Positions 1 to 12,248 of a stretch of DNA of 64,000 nt are shown one piece after another (the first letter of the stretch is position 1; the number at the start of each line of letters is the position of its first letter). Source of the stretch: Tubulanus polymorphus (lineage: Eukaryota > Animalia > Nemertea); NCBI RefSeq assembly GCF_964204645.1, contig NC_134030.1:16244110-16308109 (forward strand), read 5' to 3'. The notes below the pieces were generated by a model. It saw only the letters and a list, made by a program, of their open reading frames with translations, was not told the origin of the DNA and did not search any database. The position numbers and the translations under genes are program-made.

Positions 1-1180
1 CTCTGTCTATCATTATTGGATCTAATCCTTTTTTATATAAAATATCAATGTATCTCGGTAATATAATTGTAACAGACCGTATCAAGGTCATTCAGAATAA
101 TTCTGATTACTTACTAGATCACGAATTAATCGACTCTAATCCTTTGAATAATGATTGTCCTTATATAGATATGTATGACATAACGTGCTTGTTCAGGAAA
201 TATTTTTAATTGTTCTTCATTTAAATCAAGTAATCCTTTTTAAACAAATATTGCATTCGTTCCATTGATTTGTTCCAGTTTCAGTACCAGGTGTATCTAA
301 TATACTATTCATCTCTTCTTCAAATGAATGAACTGTATCTAACATGCTATCAAAATGTTTTACTACTTGTAATTGACTTGAACCATTATCAATTTGTTGA
401 ATATCTCTTCTCGATGTTTCTGGTGTTGAAGTTCTTAATTCATCTAATCTATCTCCATACTCTTCCATTTCTGGATCAACATATGTAGGATTTAAATTTG
501 GATTTTTGAATGGTGAATATTTGTTAATATCAATACCAACATTTGGTTCTTCTTCATTTATTCTATCGAGTGCATCCCATATAATTCTGAGAAATTCTGT
601 ACCACCTTTTGAACGTTCAATTGCAGATCTCGCTAACATTTCAGGATGGTACAGATCGTCTTGTCTTAGATAATTGAATTGATACAGTTTTGTTATTTAA
701 TTCAACATTATAATACAATGAATCATTTTTAAATTCTAAATTATTCATGAAATGTGGATCATCTTCTCTAATTTGTTCTGAAATATCTTCTGGTTCAATG
801 TTATCTGTTACATTTTTTGGTAATAATTCTTCAATAACGGTATTTGTTACACTATGTTTTATGTGTAATAATTCTTTTTTCAATTTAGGGTTTTCTGTTC
901 TTTCTAATCTATTAATTTAATCTTTTCTTTCTGGTCTAGTTTTTATTATTATCTCATCGTGGGTTCTTAAATAATCTGTTAATTTTTCACTTGTTTCAGT
1001 ATCATCTTTAGATTCATCATAATCATATAATATAGGCCCACTAGAATCATCTTCACCTAAATTAGTATTATATGCTGCTCCATCATCATTATCAATAGTA
1101 GTTTCATTAAAAGCAGGTTGTGGTTCATCACTTATACCAGGGGCGTCACCAAAAGTATCAATTGGAATATCTTCTTCCAT
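1..1180 (-). pseudogene. Large acidic element protein, fragmented and cut by the window edge
   Basis: Abutting ORFs 917-1180, 641-883 and 226-639 of similar composition; ATAAATG start. Confidence 0.45.
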
Positions 1181-1195
1181 TTATATAATGAAAAA

Positions 1196-2520
1196 TTAAA
1201 ATTTAAAATATAATATTCCTCCTATTACAATTCCTTTACAAGTTATAGCTAATTTAGCATTTTCATGTGATTTATTATCATTATTACTCTTAATTATTTC
1301 ATGTTGAATAATATCAGTTTTTATATTTTCTGATGTATTGTAATCTTTTATTTGAGAATCATTATTTAATTTTATATTCTTAGTTTTAGTTTCAGTTGAG
1401 TGAATATGTTTTTTAATTTTTTCACCTTCCATTAGTTTTGGAGCAATATTAATATTAATTTTTTTTATATCATTTAATCCAAATGAATTATTTATTGTTG
1501 CAGTGTTAATTAGATTATTATAACCAATTATATTTCCCATTTTTAGTATTAAATCATCAGAAATAATTAATAAATTGGGTCCTATACAATAATTTAATCT
1601 TACATGAGATTTATCTAAATAATTCTGGTAACTATATTTTCTGGAATTAATCTATTTTTATCATTATGAATAGAATCTTCAAATAAAACTTTAAATTGTT
1701 TCTGCGCATCAAATGTAGTATTATCATTTCCAACTATTGGGGATCTTGTTTCAACTTGCGCACCTAAAATACATATCAAATAAGTTCTAATAGATTGATT
1801 TATTCTCTGTATTCCAGCTTTAGTAAAACCTTCACTATTTTCCAAAATAAAATTAATCCATCCATTATTATTTTGTTGTTGTATATTATTATAATATTTT
1901 GTTAATTCATTCCAATTTAGTGTTCTTATATCTGTATTTGTTATTATTTTTCCTAATTCTTTAGTATATAATATTCCTAATCCACCCATTGTACCAATTT
2001 TTGCTCAAAAATCATTATTTGAATTAATATTAAATTCATTACATATTTTATAAAACTTTGATAAATTAATATTATTAATTAGTTCATTAAAATATCTAGA
2101 TCCTGGTAAAGGACATTCTAATTCATTTAATATTATTTTTATTTGAAAATATGTATGAAATCTAAAAAGTGATAATATCAATGGTTAACTTGGTTTATTC
2201 AAATGATCATTCCAACTTATACCACACCCTATTGTTGCACAATAAACAGCAAAATTTAATTGGTTCTGCCAATACTTCATATTAGATTTTAATAACCATT
2301 GTTTTGCCTCATTTAAATCTTTAAAATTAATTAAATATACATGAAATATATTTTCCACCTTAACATTAAAATTATTTGTTTCAGTATCATAAATATCTAA
2401 ATTAATGAATGAATCTAAAACTTCATTTCTATATGAAATATCTTTATTAAAATCTATTGCTGGAATATTATATTTTATTGATTTATTATATTGAAAATCT
2501 TTTGGAAAACTATCTGCCAT
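1196..2520 (-). pseudogene. Uncharacterised element protein (WQNQLNFAVYCAT motif), split over three ORFs, C-terminal hydrophobic anchor
   Basis: ORFs 2185-2520, 1615-1989 and 1196-1540 are joined by coding-like sequence (FHTYFQIKKILNELECPLPG; LNYCIGPNLLIISDDLILKMG). Confidence 0.6.
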
Positions 2521-2649
2521 TTATATAATAAGAAAATTAATAATTAATTAATTCTTTTAATAATTTATACTGCTCTTGAATTGTTGTATTACCATTTAAA
2601 CTTATTATATAATCTAGTGTATTTTTTAATTTATTAATTTCTTTTAGAT

Positions 2650-2985
2650 TTATATATAGATATTAGATTTTATTTTTTCTTTATTACTTTTTATATTCAA
2701 TTTTGAACTTATTCCGGTTAAAACACTTGATGATAATCCTAGCGCATCAATTGTGATAGCTAAAGGTGTTAATGATGAGAATATTGCTAAAAATGTTATT
2801 ACAGAACTAATTGTAACTGAACCACTAATAATAAAATAATATATAATTTTGCTTTTTAAATATTTTTTCTTTTTAAATTTTAAATCATTTTCAAATTCTA
2901 ATATTTGTTTTTCCAAATATAATTTTAATTTAGTTTTATTTATATCATGAGGAATAATATTAACACCATCAATTTTATCATCCAT
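2650..2985 (-). CDS. Putative two-helix membrane protein of the element
   Basis: Basic stretch followed by two hydrophobic segments; ATAAATG start. Confidence 0.5.
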   Translation of the reverse strand: MDDKIDGVNIIPHDINKTKLKLYLEKQILEFENDLKFKKKKYLKSKIIYYFIISGSVTISSVITFLAIFSSLTPLAITIDALGLSSSVLTGISSKLNIKSNKEKIKSNIYI

Positions 2986-3004
2986 TTATTTAGAAAAGAA
3001 ATTA

Positions 3005-3433
3005 CTAATTTGTAAATTTATAAGCAACAAATAATACAATAACAGTTCCGCCTAAAATCCGTATTATTTCATATTTCTTCTGTTCATTACTTGGGGTATA
3101 ATAATCTGATAATTTAGGTTTATATAGATGTAATTTTTCTTTATTTGTTACTGGATTATATAAACTCATTGCATCATCAACTGACTTAAAATCTCTATTT
3201 GAAATTTTCTGATCATATAATTCTTTATTAATACATGTATAATCCATCTAATTTTGTCTTTTTTCTCTATATTCTTCTGCTGCTTTATTATATTTCTCTA
3301 ATGCTAAGTTATGTCTTCTTGGTTCTGCTAATGAACTATTTTTATCAATATGCTTAAATAAATCACCACCACCTGTAAATGCTCAAGCGTTAATAATTGC
3401 CGATCCTATAATAGTTATAATTGCAGAAGCCAT
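3005..3433 (-). pseudogene. Protein with hydrophobic N-terminus, coiled coil and C-terminal transmembrane segment (2 in-frame stops)
   Basis: MASAIITIIGSAIINA*AFTGGG...RRHNLALEKYNKAAEEYREKRQN* is in frame with ORF 3005..3247, which ends IIRILGGTVIVLFVAYKFTN. Confidence 0.55.
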
Positions 3434-3449
3434 TTATTTGATAAAAAAA

Positions 3450-3678
3450 TTATGTATTTATATAGGAGGAATATATTTTTGTTTTTCCAAATAATCAATA
3501 GTTAAATTAGATAAAGTAACGGCTAACGTTAATTTTAAAATATCATTGATGTAAAATCTATCAACATTAATACTTCCCACTTTAAATACTTTTTTAATAC
3601 CATTGTATATCCAACAGTTCCAACTGATAGTAATGCTCCATTATATAAACCAGTTAATATCCACTTATTATCACTCAT
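3450..3678 (-). pseudogene. Small membrane protein of the element (frameshifted)
   Basis: MSDNKWILTGLYNGALLSVGTVGY ... LTIDYLEKQKIFLPI by hand translation; AAATG start context. Confidence 0.45.
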
Positions 3679-4053
3679 TTGTTAATCAAAAAAATCACCT
3701 TCTTCAAAATATTTAGTTCATTTAGTTATAATTATTTCAAAATTTATTTCATTACTACTTTTATGATTATCCTATAATTCAGTTATTATTTTTCTAATAT
3801 CATCAATAATAAAATCTTCATCTAATTCATAAAATCTTAAAGACTCTCTAATTAAATCAGTAATATTTTCTACATCATAAGTTTATTTATTTATTGTTGT
3901 TTCATATTCAAATGTTGTTTCATTTGAAAATGTAATATTTTTGATATGAGTTATTACATCATTAATGTTAAATTTCATTTCTTTCTCGCGTTTAAAATCA
4001 AATCCAAAACAAAAAACTCGGTCCTGTTATATTCATTTATATAGTGAAAAAAG

Positions 4054-4809
4054 TTATTCTTTACATCTTATAACTAATTCATATATCACAGGAAAGTTAT
4101 TCTAATCAATTTAGTATCCATTATGATTTCTTATTTCTAACTTAAAATTATTAAATTTTGGAATACAAGGTTTTAAATCACACTCAGCTAAATTATAATC
4201 TATTTGTGTTCCTAATTGTTTAACATTATTAAATGGTAAAATATTTAATATACTAGAATTACGAATTGTATCTTTAATTGCTTCGAAAGTTTTTACAGGG
4301 TCAAATAAATTGCAATAAATGTAAAAGTGTGTAAAAGGCATTACGATTGGTGAAGCTTCGGCATTACGTATCCTTACATCTAGGTTAATTCCTAACAGTT
4401 TAGCTATAGGTTTTTTAACTACAAATTGATGTTCATCATTAGCTAACTTTATTCTTACTTTATTATTGATATCACTTTTTATAAATTTAATTCCAAATCC
4501 AACAGACCCACCCATTTTTAAACGAGCTCTTTTATTAATTTCTTGCGCTAATCTTTCTAAATTATATAATCCAGGTTTTAAAAATAGATGATACCATTTA
4601 TGCAAATTTCTAGCATGAACTAAAAAAGCTAAATGATCAAGACTTTTATTCGATATATTGTAAAAAGAGTTACATAAACTTATATCTACTAATTTTAAAT
4701 CTACACAATTTTTATATTCCCTATCTACTTGTACTAGTAAATTATGAGATTTATAATTTGTAAGCCTTCTTGAATCAACATATATTCTATATTCTTTTAA
4801 TTCTACCAT
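4054..4809 (-). pseudogene. Putative minor capsid (penton-like, single jelly-roll) protein
   Basis: IYVDSR...LVDISLCNSFYNI...LKPGLYNLERLA...FYIYCNL...ILNILP pattern resembles Polinton/NCLDV penton-like proteins; frame continues past stops as G..ID.NNFPVIYELVI. Confidence 0.6.
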
Positions 4810-4823
4810 TTATTTAACATATT

Positions 4824-5177
4824 TTATTCAAAATCTATATCATGGTGCCCTTTTTCATTCTTACCTTAATATATGGAATAGAAATCACCAGAACATAATT
4901 CTTCTAAATCTTCACTTGATAATCTATGAAATCTATCTGGTAAATATGTTCTGAATTCATATTTATTTCCTTTTAATCCTTCATATTCTAAGAGGATAAC
5001 TAATTTATCTCCATATTTGTTAGAAACCGTATCAATATTTGTAATTAGATATTTCGTATGAATTGTTAGTTCATCTAATTTTTTAGATTTATAATCTACT
5101 GATTTAGCATTTGTGATATCTTTTATTCTATCTAGAAATGATTTGTTGTTCTCACTGTGTGCTTGTTTACTCACCAT
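4824..5177 (-). pseudogene. Small conserved protein, possible OB-fold ssDNA-binding protein (frameshift near the 3' end)
   Basis: KKLDEL...YLI...VSNKYG.KLVI.L...TYLPDRF; close paralogue at 52033-52386; the function is inferred. Confidence 0.5.
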
Positions 5178-5216
5178 TTATTATACATATTTTTATTAAA
5201 ATTGAATTAAAGCCGA

Positions 5217-8200
5217 TTAACATGTTAGAATCCTTTTCATAATTTCATTCTCTTTTATTCCTTCTCTTTTGAACTTTAAGTATTCATCTAAATTGCAACC
5301 ATAAGCTACTGTATGAATTCCATCATCTAAAATATATTTTTTATCATCGAAAGGATTCAAACTTATCTTCTCTATCTCTTCAATAAACATTTCATGATCT
5401 TCGGATCTTAAACATTTCATCTTATGTTTTCTAACGTCTTCATTGAATATACAATTCATGTAATCTTTGAAATGAATATTCTTTTCTACTACACTTTTGG
5501 TAATTCCTTTCAATTTCTTTGATTCGTGAATTTTAGTTTTATAACTATACGTTTTAGATCGAATACCTATAAATTCAATCATTTCTTCACCTCCTAATTC
5601 ATCTTTGAATTTACCGGGCACCTTTTTATTATCATTGCTAAACAATTCATGAGTTTTAGGATAATTGCTGAAATCAAAATGATGTTTTAATGTTTTTAAA
5701 TCATCTGTTATGTTATTAGTTTTAATCTTTAATATGTAACTGTCAGTATCAAAATATAAGATTTCTATATGCTTTTCTCCAAAATGAGGTTGTACGTTAT
5801 AGTAAAATTCATACATCAGTATTTCTAAAACTGAAGCACCAACATAAATTGGTTTATTAAATTTCATAGAAGTTCTTATCAATTTAACTGCAGCTAAATT
5901 TTCATCAAATATTCTGTTACCAATAAATTTAGGGTATGTTTGTAAATGTGTAATTCTTTTACCATTGCTAACTAACTCAATATCATTTCTATTCCTAATA
6001 TTTTCACAAGTCTTACCATAGAATGCATTATTCATTAGTTTGAAAAAATCTTTCTCGAAATCAGTTTTAACTTTATTTCTCTGTTTGGTGTTAAAATCTA
6101 TATATTTTTCTAACCATTTAGATTGACTGAATGAAATATATCTATGTACTTTTTTTAGAATCATTCCTTGATTCAAATAAAACTTCAACATCCGATAATG
6201 CACTACATAATTATATTCATCTTCCCGAGTTACCATTAACTTTTCTGTATGAATATGATTTTCGGGTTTAATTCTTTTTTGATAATTTGATGATTCTTCA
6301 TGTGTTACAGTTTTATGTTCGGGACAGTATGCTAGATTTCTAGATTTAAATTTAATGTTTTTAGGATATTCCAAGTCTACAACGAAAAAGTAGCCAGTAT
6401 CTGAATCATCTGCAATATCTGGAATTCTTTTCTTCCAATCAAATTTATCATTATTTTCATGTTGTAAAACTTCAGTTATTTGAAATAATCCATAAGGCTG
6501 AGGTTCCATCATTGCCCAACCATATAGATTATTTGCATCTATATATAATAACTTATATCTAGGGTTATCATTTACATTGAAATATCTATCACCTAATACA
6601 CCTGAAACTCTTCCTCTTATAGATTTTTCAAATAATAATGATTATAATAATCTATATTTGTTAACAAATCCATTTTTATATCTGTAAATTGTAATCCACA
6701 ATCCCAAGTTAATCCTGGACTCGAATAACAATGACATGGATCAATATTGAAATATTTTAGATTAACATCTCTAAATCTTTCAAATATATCAGTTAATAAT
6801 AATACATCTGATTTTGAATATAAATCTACCAATTGTCCATGATTTTTCATTCCAAAATGATTCCAAATATTCAATGTTCTATTATATACTTCATCTTTAA
6901 CATATTCATTTTTTAATTCATCATAGAATTGTTCTTTTAATAATTCAGTTATATTGAAATCATTATGATTTTTATAAAATGAATATGGAATTGCTCCTTT
7001 ATATCTCATTAATTGAAAATCATCATTATGTGGATAGTGTTGCTTTAATATTTTTAATTCATCATCAACTAATGATTTTGATAAATTATCTAATGAACTA
7101 CTTAAAAATCTATATGAATCTATAAATCTCAGACATCCAAATTGGTAAGATATATAATTCTCAGATGTAACATCTTTAATTTATATGTAGGTATTTTATC
7201 TTTTGATCTATTTGAATTCAATTTTTCTATTTCATTATTGATTTCTTCTATTTTATGACATAACTGTTTGATAAATAAATGTGCATAATACCCTGATAAA
7301 TTATGAAATATTACTGGAACAAAATTAATTTTCGTAGCTTTTAAATTACAATTCTAATGTCCCGCACCTCTAAACTTTCCATTCAAATGATCAAGATCTC
7401 TAACTTTTTTATCTTTACAATTAAATATCTTTTCATAATAATAACATTTGTCTGAAAACTCAAATTCTTCTTTATCTTCTTCTGTCATTATAATTTCTTT
7501 ATTTTTATTCAACAGTTTATTGAATTGTATTTCATATTCAATTAATAAGTCACAAAAATGATTGATAACATTTTCATTTCTATAATGATCTATATTCACT
7601 TTCGATTAGTTCTGGATAATCAGATTTAATATATAACCCGAAAGCTGCAGCACTTTGATGAATCTTTTTAATAGTATTTGTTATAAGTGGATCTGAATAA
7701 TCAATTACATCATTTTCATTACAATTTAATTTCTTTCTTTTATGATATATTTCCTTTCTATCTTGATCAGTTAATTCCTTATTTAGTGATTCAAAATCTC
7801 CATATATTACAAATGGTACTTTATTTTTTTAATCATATTTTTTGAATTCTAATATCTTATCTTTTTCAATTGGTAAAATCATTTTACAATAATCATGATT
7901 ATCACATAATTGTTTATGATTTAATAATGTACTTCCATTGCTGAATCTATGTACTAAACATTTTCTACATAGATATATTTTATTGTGATTATTTTCTTTT
8001 CTAAAACAGAAATCGATTTGTTTTATCCACATATAATGATTTTCATAATATAATATATTTATAACACCATTTGAATCATAATCCTTTGATAAATACAGTG
8101 GCTCTAATGTAAAATGTTCAATTTTATTGCCTTTTGTACTTGGTAATTTGATTAAATCGAATACATTTATTTTTAGATTATTATCTTTTTCTATTTTTGG

Positions 8201-9205
8201 GATATTTTTAATTCTTACAGGATAATTATCTATCTTATGATTATTTTCAAATTGTTTATAATTTGTTAATCTAAAACTATGTGTAATATCTTCTGTTGGA
8301 TGTAAGCAACTTATAACTGTCCATAGAAAACATTTATCATCTTCATTTTGTACATTTATAACAGCATTAGTTTTAAATGGTAATTTGATATAACTCGACG
8401 CTTCAATATCTGTTTCTTTATAATATGATAAATTATTTTCATCAATTGGTTTCGATTTAGTTAATTTATTATATTTTGTATTGTATACATGCAAAGTCAA
8501 AAATATTATTTCATCAAATATTAAACCTGATCCTTCAAAATATTTCTCTTCTATTTTACTTTTTTATTTCATCAATATGTTGTTTTGAAATAATATGTTG
8601 TGAATGAGAATTTATATTATATATTGGTTTATCTTCAGATTTTATAAATTTAACTTTAACTGATATGCTAATTTTAGGGTATTCAACATCAGTAATTATT
8701 CTTATAATACTTTTCATATTTTCTAAATGTTTTTTTTATTTTCTTCTGATGTTTTGCCTTTATGAAATTTAAATTCAATAGCAGCTGGTCCAATATCACT
8801 TTTGAATGCTTTTGTATTATTTTGGTTATTTCTATTTCTTTTTTATTATCTAATGAATTAATATAATTTCTAACATCTTCCATGTATGGTCTTTTATTGT
8901 TTAATTTATTCTTTATTCTTTTAATTGTCTTCTGTTTCTTATCATTATCTTTATCAAAATAATCTTCACCTAAAATATCATTATTGATATTCCTAATATG
9001 ATTTTTAGATTTTAAATGTTCTTTATAATATCTTTTATCACTGAATGATTGTTTACATGTATCACATTTGTATGTTTCTTTTTCATTCTTTAATTCATCT
9101 AATTTAGTTTCTAATATATCATCTTTATATTCTAACTTTATTATTTATTTATTTATCTATTATTTATTTTTTATAAATTTATTTTCTAAGTGTGTTTTAG
9201 TTTTA
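5217..9205 (-). pseudogene. polB: Protein-primed DNA polymerase B (pPolB), disrupted
   Basis: Fragments across ORFs 5217-8883: C2H2-like finger, NEDDKCFLW...HYMWIK (vOTU-like), KVRDxDHLNGKFRG (endonuclease VII-like), DANNLYGWAM, KLMNNAFYGKT, YFDTDS, KKLKG; several stops and frameshifts; start region deleted. Confidence 0.93.
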
Positions 9206-9272
9206 TTCAAATTTTTTATTAAAATTGATTTTAGAAGTTATTCATATTCATATATATGTATGAATATTTTAA

Positions 9273-9388
9273 GAGTAATAGGGATAATAGGGGTTCATAA
9301 CAAAGGTTGAGGGATCGAAAAATAAATTCGAGTGTGCCAGAATTTACCCTTCGACCTTTGGTATGAACCCCTATTATCCATATTACTC
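9273..9388. repeat. Terminal hairpin of element A (116 bp, internally shortened)
   Basis: GAGTAATAGGGATAATAGGGGTTCATAACAAAGG ... CCTTTGGTATGAACCCCTATTATCCATATTACTC. Confidence 0.95.
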
Positions 9389-9709
9389 GCGTATATCTCC
9401 CGGCTGGGTTGAGCGAACATCAAACGGCCAAAGTCGAACACAGATCAACCTATCTGCTCTCTCACATCAAGATAATATCACATATCGCAGGCTGTATCTT
9501 GCTTAAAAGAAAATGAAGCCGGCCGCCCTTGTAGCCATATGCTCGACGATGACCTACATATTCAGTGGGGGTGTATAACTTATACTCAAATCCTCCAAGC
9601 AAGTTTCCTTAAAATCCTTTAGGCTGTATCGCCCTACCAAGAACTTCGAGATGGCTTCCCTGGTGGCCTGATGCTAAAATCCAAATTAAATGGGATATTT
9701 CCACTTTAC

Positions 9710-9808
9710 CTGATGTAAGGAGTGTTTGCAGGCACGTGGTATTTCGCTCCAGGATCAAAATCCGATTCAGATCGACTAACAGGCGGAGAAATCCCTTGAT
9801 ATTTACAT
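9710..9808 (-). CDS. Ace: ACE-family exon 11 (last one in the window; gene continues past position 1)
   Basis: [33 protein letters not shown]; 99 nt; the next expected exon (YF...QFQF) was not found in 1-9709. Confidence 0.96.
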
Positions 9809-9890
9809 CTATAAAGTGCCGGATGGTCCAAATTAGAGCTCATTGATTAATTCGAATGTTTAATTTTCTACACGACTGTTTACTTTTTAC

Positions 9891-10035
9891 CTTAAATTCC
9901 ACCAGTGTTTGTTGTATTGCTGGGATGTTGTTTGTCCACTAAATACTCTCCATCTCCATTGATCAACAAGATATCCAAACGGTAAGAATGATACTTTTTC
10001 TAACGCTTGTTTGAATAAGAAATTCAAATCTGCTT
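9891..10035 (-). CDS. Ace: ACE-family exon 10
   Basis: [48 protein letters not shown]; 145 nt. Confidence 0.97.
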
Positions 10036-10201
10036 CTATGGAAAAATGCCGATTACATCATATATCAAACAGCTATTTTCATACTTACGCGCTAAATTTT
10101 CACTTGCATGCCCTGGCATATAATATGACAATTCATCATCCATTTGCAGGACATCTTCAGGTGAAGTAGTGGGAAAATGTCTTACTCAATAAAGGGAATA
10201 T

Positions 10202-11556
10202 GAGTAATTGGAAAATGACGTTTTCATACCAGAGAGTGACTCGCCACTACTTTTTTAAAGATACATATTTCACTACATAAATGGCAGGAATATGGTAGAA
10301 GATAAAAACAAATATAATGGTCCAAGTTTTAACATCTTGTCAACCTCATAAAGCTTGCCATGAAAAAATCGAGAAAACAGATGAAATAGATGAAATCAAA
10401 TGTGAGGTTTGTTATGAATTTATACATAAAATGAAGTATGATAGAGATCTTGAAATATCAAAACACAAGCAAAATCTGAGTGAAAATAATACAGGAGAAT
10501 ATTATTGTGATGACAAACCTGTAAAAAATCAATCAAAAACATGATTCTAAAACTAAATCTAATTCGAATAATCCTTATATATGGAAATATTAGAGATTAT
10601 ATCAATTCATTAGAAAGAAAAGATAGAATTGTTATACATGAAAGAAGATTATACTTTTACGAAGATTTTTAGATTCTTTCAAGGTATAACAACAAAAGAA
10701 TATAGAAAATATATTGAAAGAACGGAAAAGATAATACACATCGTAACGCGTAATCATTTAAATATGACATCCTACCATTACGTTGGATGCGATAAAACCA
10801 CAATACACTTTTTCATTAGGATTGAATTTTCTAAATTCATCATCTAAGTTACATTGAGTTCCTATATCATTGAATGATTTTCCATTATCTAATTCACATT
10901 GAATTGCAATATTTGATGAATTTTCATTATAGATAATTTGTTATTATCAAAATTGAAATAATATAATTGTCTTTTTTCAATTCTTAAGTTAATCAAATCA
11001 TTGTAACCTTTCGAAAGTATTAAATCATCATTTCTTTCATTGAAAGGAGTTTGAATAATATTTACTACGTTTTCATCTAAAGTTCCTTTATAATTTAAAA
11101 CTGTATTGAATATTTGAGGATTTTGAGCACCATTATCAAAAGTATCAATTAGTTCAGTAATTAAATATGTTTCATTTGATAATATTTGATTAATTACAGT
11201 AATATTATCAATTTTATAATGCCTCTCATACACTAAATTTGATGCTGAGATATAACTTTTAATGTTAAACTGTGAAAATAATTTAATTTAATTTTTTTTA
11301 ATGTTAAAAATTTATATTTTATCATTCGAAATCTATATTTGATCTTATTTTTCTAGATTATCATGCTAACACTTTACTCTCACTTTTAAAATATGGAAAT
11401 ATTAGAGTAATTGGGAATATGGGGGTTCATAACAAAGGTTGAAGGGGCGTGTGAGTAAAAAATAAAAATATATTCGAGCGTGCGAGAATTTATTTTTATT
11501 TTTTACGAGCTCGACCCTTCGACCTTTTGTATGAACCCCCATATTTCCAATTACTC
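10202..11556. mobile_element. Internally deleted derivative B with both ends, in ACE intron 9
   Basis: Left end GAGTAATTGGAAAATG...TTCATAC is inverted relative to the right end; right end is a 152-bp hairpin (11405-11556); ATAT on both flanks; relic of the pPolB N-terminus at about 10280-10620. Confidence 0.8.
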
Positions 11557-11920
11557 ATATGTTCCCTTTAACCCATTGATGCATCATTGCAATAAATTGT
11601 GGAAAGGTAGGTCAAATTAGAAAATGAATAAATTTGGCTGCACTGAATGGTCCGCCATTGACGTGAATCCATGCATAACCCGGTAATCCCAGTGCATGGA
11701 TTAACATCATCACTCGATTTGGTTCCGCTAATGAAGGCACTATAATTGGATACATCTACCCCAGCAGTTTCAACTGTATCGCAACTGTATCGCCTACTAA
11801 CTATCGCTTCTTAGATATATTTAGATACTTATTTTGGACCAAATGGGCTCTCAGGTTTAAGAGTAAATTACAGATTAGTTTATGTCACAAGAATTAAGAC
11901 TATTTTAAGAGGTCACTCAC

Positions 11921-12019
11921 TCGAGCTATTTGAAATTGTATCGAGTAAACCAATTTCCTTTAGATGTTTGGGTGTTGATACCGATAACGACATTACGTCA
12001 CCAACTGCTTCATGAAATC
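11921..12019 (-). CDS. Ace: ACE-family exon 9 (EXXXD third zinc ligand)
   Basis: [32 protein letters not shown]; GTGAGT donor; 99 nt. Confidence 0.97.
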
Positions 12020-12123
12020 CTTAAATGAAAAAATAAGATAATTTACACACAGCGCTTAATCAAAGTCTTACATTAAAAAAATCAAATTTACATGCTTCAG
12101 GAAGGGCTAAGGTTTTTGAATAC

Positions 12124-12248
12124 CTGGATTTGCGCCTCTGCGAAAAACCTGTGGTTGCGTTCTGTATTGCAGATAATATTCAATGTGACCCATTTCATGA
12201 TGAACTGTTAATAAATCATCCATTGTTATATCCGTACATTGTTTGACC
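12124..12248 (-). CDS. Ace: ACE-family exon 8 (zinc-binding HEXXH)
   Basis: [42 protein letters not shown]; 125 nt; absent from the ORF track. Confidence 0.97.

Larger units (their letters stand above)
1..9388 (-). mobile_element. Polinton/adintovirus-like endogenous element, copy A (cut by the left window edge), in ACE intron 11
   Basis: Very AT-rich block of tightly packed, intronless, co-oriented ORFs including a protein-primed PolB and a penton-like gene; ends in a hairpin at 9273-9388 with an abrupt composition change. Confidence 0.88.

Noticed and set aside
5217-9205. Programmed frameshifting or an alternative genetic code in polB
   Set aside because: Lesions differ between copies A and E and include indels, which fits neutral decay.
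9273-9388. Hairpins as rho-independent terminators, miRNA precursors or free MITEs
   Set aside because: They always sit at the element boundary, with a conserved inner flank and a variable outer flank.
1-9388. Bacterial, phage or organellar contamination
   Set aside because: The block lies within an intron of a spliced animal gene, and related copies are interleaved with host retroelements.
10189-11571. Kolobok-like TTAA/AGGG ends around element B
   Set aside because: The left side lacks TTAA and other copies do not share these flanks; kept only as a caveat on the ATAT TSD.
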